A stretch of DNA of 64,000 nucleotides from Candidatus Aminicenantes bacterium. GTDB taxonomy: Bacteria > Acidobacteriota > Aminicenantia > Aminicenantales > JAFGBC01. A program made the translations under genes and the position numbers. The notes beneath the pieces are model-generated. The model did no database searches, was not told the origin of the DNA, and saw only the letters and a program-made list of their open reading frames with translations. The stretch spans positions 2,240,001 through 2,304,000 of the forward strand of contig OY969696.1 of the NCBI GenBank assembly GCA_963702005.1. Reading direction: 5' to 3'. Shown in pieces: positions 56,487-64,000 of this stretch; positions within the stretch are counted from its first letter, which is position 1, and every line of letters starts with the position of its first letter.

Positions 56487-57121
56487 AGTTTGGGTCCGCC
56501 GATCCAGCCGGCCGCCGCTTCCCGCTTCCGGTTGATCTCCCTCCACAGGACGAGGTCGAAAGGCTTCCGGATGCGATATTCGTTCCGGGTGGGCCACCAA
56601 GTTCCCACGACGCGGCCGCGGTAAGTATATTCTACATAGCCCCCGTCCGGAGAGCCATACCGGACCCGGCTGATATCCGGTTTCCAGAGGCCGGCGACGA
56701 GCCCGCTTTGCCTCAGCCCCCGGTAAAGCGGCCTCAAGGGAGCGGCTATTAGGCGCCCGGCCGCGCGAAGCGCCCGATGTCTGAGAGTCTGCCGGAGCCC
56801 CTGTCGTCCGCCGTGGATTTTATGGATGCGGCCTCCGCGCTCGATTCGAACGACGCGTCCGATGACCTCATCCGGCCGGACCGGTCTCTCGTCGGGCAGG
56901 GGGTTGAAGTCTCCCCGGGTGATGAATCCTCGGGGAGTCGAGAGGATGATCCGGTGGGCTGTCTCGCGGGTAGCCGGGTCCGCGCCCTCCGTTTGATAGA
57001 TGATGATATCGCCCGGACTGAGGTCGTCGACGCGTACGGCCAAGTCGATGTGGAGGATGTCACCGGGCCGGAAGATCGGTTCCATGCTCCGGCCGCGGTA
57101 ATAGCGAATCTGGTTACCCAT
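56483..57121 (-). CDS. S24/S26-family peptidase-like protein
   Basis: GRSMEPIFRPGD (Ser), AHRII (His), ITRGDFN, VIGRVV; no N-terminal TM anchor. Confidence 0.75.
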   Translation of the reverse strand: MGNQIRYYRGRSMEPIFRPGDILHIDLAVRVDDLSPGDIIIYQTEGADPATRETAHRIILSTPRGFITRGDFNPLPDERPVRPDEVIGRVVRIERGGRIHKIHGGRQGLRQTLRHRALRAAGRLIAAPLRPLYRGLRQSGLVAGLWKPDISRVRYGSPDGGYVEYTYRGRVVGTWWPTRNEYRIRKPFDLVLWREINRKREAAAGWIGGPKL

Positions 57122-57155
57122 TTAATGGTTTGCCTCTTCGAAAATGCCCTAACAG

Positions 57156-57185
57156 ATTCTATTTAGAGAGTCCTATCGATGTCAA
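57156..57185 (-). promoter_or_regulatory. Sigma70-type promoter of the S26 peptidase-ABC pair
   Basis: Minus strand TTGACA-18 nt-TAGAAT. Confidence 0.6.
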
Positions 57186-57209
57186 CAAAGAGGCGTCGGA
57201 ATAGATCGT

Positions 57210-58214
57210 TCAGCGGAGGCCGAGTAGCAACCTTCTAGTCAGGACGTAACGCTGGAAAACAATATGGGCCAGGATCGATAGGGAGAGGGCACCCAAAAGA
57301 ATAATCCCAAAGCGAGCGGCCGGATCATGGATTGGTACTAAGTTCGCGAGGAGTATCTGAACGGCCACGATGGCGTAGATATGATATAGAAAGATCGAGT
57401 AGGAATACTCGCCAAGGGGGGCCAGCCATCCGATTTTGGCTTTGAATTTGAACAAGAAAAACAGCAAGGGCAAGCTGATGCAAACATAGAACAGACTGCC
57501 CTTATAATCCGGTATCTTTAATCGCCCCAGAAGAATCAGAATCTGTAGTATCAGGCCGAACAAAGCTAAAACCGCCGCCAAACACGCGCTCCGACGAAAA
57601 TTTAAGAGAGCCTTGAAGCGGCCGAGGCCCATCCCGAAGAGGAAATAGGGGAGTAAAAAAAGGAATCCATCGAGCGAAAAAGGGAAGTTAATTATTGAGA
57701 ACGTTTTGGGTCCCGCCAAGAGGAGGACCGGCAGGATCGCCAAGCCCATAGCCATTAGCCACGATAATGATTTGTCCAATAATTTTTTTGACTCGAAAAT
57801 GGTTAGGATGGCAAAAATTAAAAAGAGGGCTTGGAGAAACCAGAATTGACCGACGGGGAAAATGAAGATTTTCCATATTTCAAGGATTTTTGCGGGCGGT
57901 TCTACATAGGGGGGCGCATGATTGAAGAGAAGGTAGATAGGGCTTATACAGAACATGGGAATGAGCAGCCTCCTGGCTTTCCCTTGCAGAAACTTCAGGC
58001 TGCCTCCCGGAGCGAGCGGCCGGAGCGCATAAACATAGCCGGAAATGCCCGCGAACAAAGGCATCCGGATAAAGCCGAGAATGTGCATAAACCCAGAGAA
58101 TAAGCCGGGAGGCGAACTCCCGGCCCAAACATTAATATGGGATGCCGCGATCAACAAAATGGCCAGGCCGCGGAGAGACTCTAGCTTCTGATCCTTGTTC
58201 TCGTTTTGTGCCAT
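57210..58214 (-). CDS. Acyltransferase family 3 membrane protein
   Basis: LESLRGLAILL..SH, RMPLFAGISGY, KARRLL, FWFL, SYSIFLYH; about 10 TM helices; lower GC than flanks. Confidence 0.88.
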   Translation of the reverse strand: MAQNENKDQKLESLRGLAILLIAASHINVWAGSSPPGLFSGFMHILGFIRMPLFAGISGYVYALRPLAPGGSLKFLQGKARRLLIPMFCISPIYLLFNHAPPYVEPPAKILEIWKIFIFPVGQFWFLQALFLIFAILTIFESKKLLDKSLSWLMAMGLAILPVLLLAGPKTFSIINFPFSLDGFLFLLPYFLFGMGLGRFKALLNFRRSACLAAVLALFGLILQILILLGRLKIPDYKGSLFYVCISLPLLFFLFKFKAKIGWLAPLGEYSYSIFLYHIYAIVAVQILLANLVPIHDPAARFGIILLGALSLSILAHIVFQRYVLTRRLLLGLR

Positions 58215-58230
58215 GATTTTTTTAAAAGTC

Positions 58231-59085
58231 TCAGGCGTGCTTGAATTCCTGCGACCGGTATAGGTCCTTGAGCCAGAGGGCGTCCTCCTCGAGGTTGGGG
58301 CTCTCGCAGATGACCAGCCCCCGCGTCCCGAACTCCCTCAGGGCCCGGATCCATTCCTCGGCCCGGAAATCCGAGTCTGCCAGGTTGATGTGGCGGATCT
58401 CGCCCTTCTCGTTGAAGTCCGCGCCGGAAATGTGTATGTGGACGTCGTGAAGCGCCTTCTCGCCCAGCTTCTTGCGGACCTTGGACAGGATCCGGCGGAA
58501 CCCGTCGTAGGAGTTGACCTTGCCTTCCCGCGCATAGATATGGGAGAAATCGAGGCAGGGCTGGAGCCCCTCGAGCTCCCGGCACAGCAAAAGGACCTCG
58601 TCGAACGACCCGAACTGGGAGCGCTTGCCCATGGTCTCGATCCGGAGCCTGACCGGGTTCTTCTCGGCCCTGAGGATGGAGAGAATCTCCTTAAGCTCAG
58701 CCTTAATCGCGGCAAAAGCCTTTTCAGCCGGGTCCTGCCCGTAGTACCCGGCGTGGAAGACAAGGCTCCGGGCGCCGCAGGCCCGGCCCAGCCGCGCCGT
58801 GTTGAGGAGGCGCTCCCGGCTCATGAGGCGCTTCCCCTGATCGGGCGAGTTGAGGTTGATAAAGTAGGGAGCGTGGACGGACAGGACGATCTCCAGCCGC
58901 GCCGCCTTGTCCCGGATGGCCTGGGCCGTATCCGTCCCCATTTTCGCCCCTTTGACGAACTCGATCTCCATGCCGTCGAGCTCGAGCCGGACGACCTGGT
59001 CAAGGGCGGCCAGGGAGGAATCGGTCGGCGTCGCGTGGGGGATTCCGGCGGTCCCGAACAGGAGCCTCTCAGCAGCGGTCAACAT
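58231..59085 (-). CDS. Endonuclease IV-like (AP endonuclease 2) TIM-barrel protein
   Basis: FGTAG, SVHAPYFINLNS, VFHAG, IETMGK, CLDFSH, HIH, ICESP. Confidence 0.85.
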   Translation of the reverse strand: MLTAAERLLFGTAGIPHATPTDSSLAALDQVVRLELDGMEIEFVKGAKMGTDTAQAIRDKAARLEIVLSVHAPYFINLNSPDQGKRLMSRERLLNTARLGRACGARSLVFHAGYYGQDPAEKAFAAIKAELKEILSILRAEKNPVRLRIETMGKRSQFGSFDEVLLLCRELEGLQPCLDFSHIYAREGKVNSYDGFRRILSKVRKKLGEKALHDVHIHISGADFNEKGEIRHINLADSDFRAEEWIRALREFGTRGLVICESPNLEEDALWLKDLYRSQEFKHA

Positions 59086-60376
59086 CGGCCCTTCCCTTCG
59101 GATTCAGGAATTCGCCGACGATGCGCATGGCGCAGAAGTCGCCGCACATGGAACAGGCCTTGGACCGCGTTTTCCGTTTAGCGCGGACCGCGTCGAATTT
59201 ATAGGGATCGATGACGAAATCGCGCTGGCGGGCCCAGTCGAGCTTCTTGCGCGCCAGCGAGACCTGGAGGTCGCGGTCGATCGCGCCCTTGACCCCCTTG
59301 ACGATGTCGCCCGCGTGGGCGGCGATCCGAGAAGCGATGATCCCGTCGCGGACGTCCTCCGCTGTGGGAAGGCCCAGGTGCTCGGCCGGCGTGACGTAGC
59401 AGAGAAAGTCGGCGCCTGCGGCCGCAGCAATGGCCCCTCCGACGGCTCCTGCGATGTGATCGTAGCCGGCCGCGATGTCGGTTACGAGCGGGCCGAGGAC
59501 GTAGAAGGGCGCGCCGTGGCAGAGGCGCTTTTCGAGCTTCATGTTCATTTCGACCTGGTCGAGCGGGACGTGGCCGGGCCCCTCGACCATGACCTGGACG
59601 TCCGCCTGCCGGCAGCGCTTGACGAGCTCGCCCAGGGTTAAAAGCTCTTCGAACTGAGGACGATCAGAGGCGTCGACGACAGAGCCGGGCCTTAGGCCGT
59701 CGCCAAGGCTGAGCGTGATGTCGAAGCGGCGCGCGATCTCGAGGAGCCGGTCGAAGCGCTCGAAGAGGGGATTCTCCCGGTCATGATGGAGCATCCAGGC
59801 GAGATGGAATGCGCCGCCCCGAGACACGATGTCGGCGACCCGGCCCTGGCTTTTAAGGCGGGCGATGGCCCGCTGGGTGAGTCCGCAATGGACGGTCATG
59901 AAATCGACGCCCTCGCGCGCCTGGGACTCGATCGAGGCGAACAGGTCTTCCTCGGTCATACGGACGATGGAGCCGCGCCGGCCGATGGCCTTGATCGCGG
60001 CTTGGTAGATGGGTACGGTTCCGAGCGGGATGGGCGTCGCGGCCAGTATGCGGCTCCGGATGCGGACGAGGTCGCCGCCCGTGCTCAGATCCATAAGAGT
60101 GTCGCCGCCGTATTTGAGGGTGACCCTGACCTTGGCCAGCTCCTGCCGGACTTCAGGGAAGTCGCGGGAAGTGCCGAGGTTGACGTTGATTTTGGTGCGG
60201 AGGCCGCGGCCGATCCCGCAGGCGAGGAGGGGGGCATGTCGGGGGTTCCAGGGGATGACGGCGAAGCCGCGGAGAAGTAGGTCGGCGATCTCTTCGGCCG
60301 GAAAGCCTTCGGACCGAGCGACCTTCCGGACCGGATGCGGGATCGTCCCTTTTCGGACTTTTTCGATGAGTGTCAT
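59069..60376 (-). CDS. thiC: Phosphomethylpyrimidine synthase ThiC
   Basis: KINVNLGTS, MDLSTGG, GTVPIYQ, SRGG, SLGDGLRPG, EGPGH, LCYVTPAEHL, CSMCGDFC. Confidence 0.9.
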   Translation of the reverse strand: MTLIEKVRKGTIPHPVRKVARSEGFPAEEIADLLLRGFAVIPWNPRHAPLLACGIGRGLRTKINVNLGTSRDFPEVRQELAKVRVTLKYGGDTLMDLSTGGDLVRIRSRILAATPIPLGTVPIYQAAIKAIGRRGSIVRMTEEDLFASIESQAREGVDFMTVHCGLTQRAIARLKSQGRVADIVSRGGAFHLAWMLHHDRENPLFERFDRLLEIARRFDITLSLGDGLRPGSVVDASDRPQFEELLTLGELVKRCRQADVQVMVEGPGHVPLDQVEMNMKLEKRLCHGAPFYVLGPLVTDIAAGYDHIAGAVGGAIAAAAGADFLCYVTPAEHLGLPTAEDVRDGIIASRIAAHAGDIVKGVKGAIDRDLQVSLARKKLDWARQRDFVIDPYKFDAVRAKRKTRSKACSMCGDFCAMRIVGEFLNPKGRADVDRC

Positions 60377-60409
60377 GACGGTTAGGCCTGAACGTTCGGC
60401 CAGGGCCTA

Positions 60410-60438
60410 AGTATAGAGGAGGGGCAGGGGAGAGTCAA
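60410..60438 (-). promoter_or_regulatory. Sigma70-type promoter of thiC
   Basis: Minus strand TTGACT-17 nt-TATACT. Confidence 0.65.
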
Positions 60439-60674
60439 GAAAGGGGTTGTTTTATGGCGTCACCCCTCCCGATGAGGGGGGGAACTGAATTTCACCCCTG
60501 GATTCATCCTCTACGACGATTGTCTATCTGGGGAAGCGGGTTGTATCCTCTTGCTGAGCGCGAGAGATAGCGCTATAGGTGTGCCTTTCCAGGGACGGGA
60601 GGGCATCGGATTGAGCCCGACCCGGGGAAAAGGCTGAAAAAATGCATGCTGGGTTTTTATCTAAGAACCCTAAC

Positions 60675-60686
60675 GGCGGTAGCCTG
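60675..60686 (+). promoter_or_regulatory. ops-like element (RfaH/NusG-paralog loading site)
   Basis: GGCGGTAGCCTG matches GGCGGTAGnnTG, preceded by a short hairpin, at the left edge of a glycan gene island. Confidence 0.4.
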
Positions 60687-60864
60687 CCGGTATTAATCCT
60701 TTATTGTTATTATATAGAAAACTGTGCTTTTCCCTTTTCAAGGCTGTGACTATGATCAGATTGACTCTGATCTTGGCAGGACAGGTCCTCAAGCCGCCGT
60801 CCCAATTTATAGGAGATGTCAGATTGTATTCCTTCTTTCACAGAGTCTAGGACATTGCAAGAAC

Positions 60865-61695
60865 TTATTTAATATAAATAGCGTGGTAGGTATTACGTCT
60901 CATAATTATTTCATTTAGCTTGAACCCACAGCCAGAAATGAGCTCATGAATATCTACCTCTTTTATTTCTTTGGGTAACATCTCAGGATGAATTTCAATA
61001 CAGATCATTCGGCATTTGAGATCTTGTATTACTTTTTTTATCCCTTTGACCACGTAAAATTCAAATCCTTCGACATCAATTTTTACTACTTTTGGAATCG
61101 GGATATTAAAATTGCTGACTAGATAATCGCCGGGATAAACATCCACAAAATATGCATATTCGTTTGAACAATTTTCTTGAGCGACTAGTGATGTTTCGCA
61201 TTCTTTCAGATATAAAGGCATTTTAGAAATATTCTCACCGAGAGCAAAAGGAAAAACGGTTACATTGCTAAGATCATTCAGTTTGATGTTTGTAATCAAT
61301 TTATTGTAATAATCTTTCTCTGGTTCGAAAGAGAATAATTTTCCTTTGGGTCCAATTCTTTTTGCCAAAAATATTGAATGGATACCAACATTTGCGCCTA
61401 TGTCATATACGACATCACCAGGATCAAGAAAAGAAAACATTTTTTCTAAAATCGAACTTTCTTTTTGTCTTTTATCAAAAAGGGCAAGTTCGATGGATAA
61501 AAAATCGTCTGGATCGTCAATTTGAAATTGGGCCTTATAGCCCTGGATCGTGGACGTCACTAATTTGTTCGAGGGAAAAGAAATTTTATAATAAATATTT
61601 TTAAGATACCTATTTAAATGAAGGGCTTTAAATATCCATACTGTAAAAGCGGAATGGGCAAATGGTCTCATCCAAGAGGGTACCGGAATATGCAT
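60865..61695 (-). CDS. FkbM-family methyltransferase
   Basis: VYDIGANVGIHS, FSFEP, VKIDVEGFE, IEIH. Confidence 0.92.
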   Translation of the reverse strand: MHIPVPSWMRPFAHSAFTVWIFKALHLNRYLKNIYYKISFPSNKLVTSTIQGYKAQFQIDDPDDFLSIELALFDKRQKESSILEKMFSFLDPGDVVYDIGANVGIHSIFLAKRIGPKGKLFSFEPEKDYYNKLITNIKLNDLSNVTVFPFALGENISKMPLYLKECETSLVAQENCSNEYAYFVDVYPGDYLVSNFNIPIPKVVKIDVEGFEFYVVKGIKKVIQDLKCRMICIEIHPEMLPKEIKEVDIHELISGCGFKLNEIIMRRNTYHAIYIK

Positions 61696-61719
61696 TGGTC
61701 CTTTCCTATATGTGAAAGA

Positions 61720-62601
61720 TTATGTTGAAAGCGATGGTTTTCTAAAGAAGGCTAAAACTACCATTCCAAGACCGAAAATGTCCCAGAGTGCTAAAAAATA
61801 ATAAAAAGTGCGCCATGACAGCTTTAACAATATAGGCAGCTTAATCATCTCAAAATATTTCGTCTTGGGAATCTTTGAAACAGTTAAGATTTTTTCTGGA
61901 AATAGGCTACTGGATTTAAGCAATGATTCTAAGCCGGTCTTGGAAAAGTAATTAAGATGTTCAGGGGGGCTGATGAACATATCTTTTTTCCCTTGTACTT
62001 TGGATACAAAGGACCCATAAAATGGAACGGAAATTGCGGCGATTCCTCCTGGCCGTAAAACTTGGAAGAGATTGTTTACAAGCGAAGCGGGGTCGAAAGA
62101 ATGCTCTAGAACGTGGCTAAGCAAAACAACATCAAATGAATTATTATTTTTTATTACAAAATTAGTATCAAACATTGAAGCCTCGGCTTCAAAACCAGTT
62201 AGATCACGAAAAATCCTTCTAGAATTTGGATTTGGCTCACAAGCTACGACTTCAAACCCAAAATCAACGGCGACCTTAGAGAATGTGCCAAAACCGGCGC
62301 CTGCATCTAAAAAGCGAGTCCCTTTTGATAGGCTCCGGCAAATGGAGAGAATACGACGCGCTTCCTGAACAGCCGTGGGGTAATAACTGTTATCAAGCTT
62401 GATAGCTTCAGGGGGCGTGAATGGATGATAAGTTATATTTCTATAATATTCTTCGATTTGTTCAGAACTAGGTCTGGGCCAACAAAATGCCGACAGGCAA
62501 TCCAAACACTTATGTATGTGATAAACTCCATGGACATTCTTTTTTTGTTGCCAAAAAACTATTCTTGAACCCTGACAGGCTACGCATTTAATTTTTTCCA
62601 T
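61720..62601 (-). CDS. Class I SAM-dependent methyltransferase with N-terminal Zn ribbon
   Basis: CVAC...CLDC, LDAGAGFG, SHVLEH, LRPGG, PEHLNYFS. Confidence 0.88.
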   Translation of the reverse strand: MEKIKCVACQGSRIVFWQQKKNVHGVYHIHKCLDCLSAFCWPRPSSEQIEEYYRNITYHPFTPPEAIKLDNSYYPTAVQEARRILSICRSLSKGTRFLDAGAGFGTFSKVAVDFGFEVVACEPNPNSRRIFRDLTGFEAEASMFDTNFVIKNNNSFDVVLLSHVLEHSFDPASLVNNLFQVLRPGGIAAISVPFYGSFVSKVQGKKDMFISPPEHLNYFSKTGLESLLKSSSLFPEKILTVSKIPKTKYFEMIKLPILLKLSWRTFYYFLALWDIFGLGMVVLAFFRKPSLST

Positions 62602-62790
62602 TTATTTTGCAATCCAATATGAGAAACTATACGTGTTTGACAAACCATTATATTATATCTTGAAAAAATGAATTATTAAACGTTTGTTTTAATAGACAAT
62701 GATTATTGAGCCTCGGCTATAGATATCATTGAGTATAAGATAATTATTTGTTGGATTTAGTAGAAGTTGTTTATTGGAGAACAGAGTATC

Positions 62791-63975
62791 ATGACGTATC
62801 CAAAAATTGCCATTATCCATCCTAGGCTGATGGGATATGGCGGATCAGAAATTAAGGCCATGTGGACCGCGCAAGCTCTTAAAAGAGATTTTAGGATCAG
62901 CATTATTACGATGGGAGATGTTAATTTGCCCTCACTCAACAATTACTGCGGTACCAGTATCGCTGAAGAGGAGGTCAATATAATATCACTTCCAATTCCT
63001 TCTTTCATGAATAGGTACTTTGCTGCCGTTCGCTCCTATCGGTTGTTTAGATTATGTAAATCAATCTCAAAAGACTATGATGTCATGATTTCTGCCTATA
63101 ACGTCATGGATTTTGGGAAGCCGGGTATTCAATTCATAGCCGATTTCTCCTTCGATGATGAATTAAGGTCGAAATATGATGCTGGTGTTGGAATATTGCA
63201 TAATCTAATATATAAATCGTCGCCGCTTAGAAAAATCTACCTTAATATTGCAGAAAAGGTAAGGGGAGAAAACGAAAATGCTTGGAAGAGGAATGTGACA
63301 ATTGCTAATTCTCAGTGGACCAAAAACGTATTTGCTGATAAATATAATATTCATCCCATAGTCATCTATCCTCCGGTTCCGGGCCGATATCCCTTTGTGC
63401 CCTGGAAGAAAAGGGAAAATGGTTTTGTTTATGTTGGAAGAATCTCGCCTGAAAAAAATATTGATGAAATGATTGAGATCATTAGGCGATTAAATGAAAA
63501 AGGAGAGAAACTGCATTTTCATATTTACGGAGAATTGAAAAAATCAAAATATGTCAGCAATATCGAAAAACTCTGTAAGATCAATAAAGATTGGGCATTT
63601 TTAGAGGGCGTTATTCTAGGGGAGCAGAAATACAAAGAGCTTAGCAAACATAAATATGCCATTTCGGGACGAAGAGCGGAGCCTTTTGGTATTTCGGTTG
63701 CCGAAATGGTTAAAGCAGGTTGCCTAGTTTGGGTACCTGACGGAGGCGGGCAAGTAGAAATTATAGAAGATGCAAGACTGACATATAAGAGTATTGAAGA
63801 CGCTGTCACTAAAATTCAATCTGTCTTAAGATCAGCTGTTCTTCAGGAAGTTTTAAGAGAGAGATTGAAGAAAAGACACTTATTATATTCTACAGATAGG
63901 TTCATTAAAGAAATTAGAGATGTTATTTTCAAATTTATCAGAAAAGATAGAGTTAGCGTTTCAATTAATACTTAA
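62791..63975 (+). CDS. Glycosyltransferase family 4
   Basis: GGSE, ANSQWT, VIYPPV, VGRISPEKN, EPFGISVAE. Confidence 0.9.
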   Translation: MTYPKIAIIHPRLMGYGGSEIKAMWTAQALKRDFRISIITMGDVNLPSLNNYCGTSIAEEEVNIISLPIPSFMNRYFAAVRSYRLFRLCKSISKDYDVMISAYNVMDFGKPGIQFIADFSFDDELRSKYDAGVGILHNLIYKSSPLRKIYLNIAEKVRGENENAWKRNVTIANSQWTKNVFADKYNIHPIVIYPPVPGRYPFVPWKKRENGFVYVGRISPEKNIDEMIEIIRRLNEKGEKLHFHIYGELKKSKYVSNIEKLCKINKDWAFLEGVILGEQKYKELSKHKYAISGRRAEPFGISVAEMVKAGCLVWVPDGGGQVEIIEDARLTYKSIEDAVTKIQSVLRSAVLQEVLRERLKKRHLLYSTDRFIKEIRDVIFKFIRKDRVSVSINT

Positions 63976-64000
63976 ACACTCCTGAAAATATTCAAGAGAA

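Larger units (their letters stand above)
60700..64000. other. Low-GC island of surface-glycan modification genes (continues beyond the window)
   Basis: Abrupt shift to AT-rich sequence and codon usage; two methyltransferases and a glycosyltransferase. Confidence 0.8.

Noticed and set aside
60377-60720. TPP riboswitch upstream of thiC
   Set aside because: The conserved CTGAGA and CCTGA...AGGGA segments were not found on the minus strand
60724-60918. Short + strand ORF (64 aa) at the island edge
   Set aside because: No RBS or motif, and it overlaps the end of the FkbM gene on the opposite strand

Overview
This is a GC-rich, mostly core-genome window from an anaerobic Gram-negative bacterium; the gene content and style suggest Aminicenantes/Acidobacteriota (inference only). 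Core genes include hypCDE and a distant hypF, the uppS-cdsA-dxr-rseP-ispG-larE operon, tonB-exbB-exbD, ychF-tgt-yajC-secDF, lepB, recD2, tRNA-Arg(CCT), queH, fabH, a MacAB-like ABC exporter, porCDAB and thiC. A low-GC glycan-modification island occupies the right end. Most notable observations: (1) a translationally coupled five-gene operon (24.6-30.5 kb) that looks like a complete cAMP circuit: secreted SH3 protein, M48 protease lipoprotein, CHASE2 adenylate cyclase, metallo-beta-lactamase-fold phosphodiesterase candidate and an MscS channel with a cyclic-nucleotide-binding domain; (2) three related families of dispersed, nested REP/REPIN-like inverted repeats that supply stop codons, a -35 box and 5'-UTR hairpins to host genes; (3) a ~270-nt rod-like structured element between ychF and lepB; (4) a DnaA-box/IHF/AT-rich cluster (oriC candidate) with no dnaA nearby; (5) a ComEA-like helix-hairpin-helix insert in SecF; (6) an ops-like element at the edge of the low-GC island. 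All calls come from reading motifs by eye; no database searches or computations were run.
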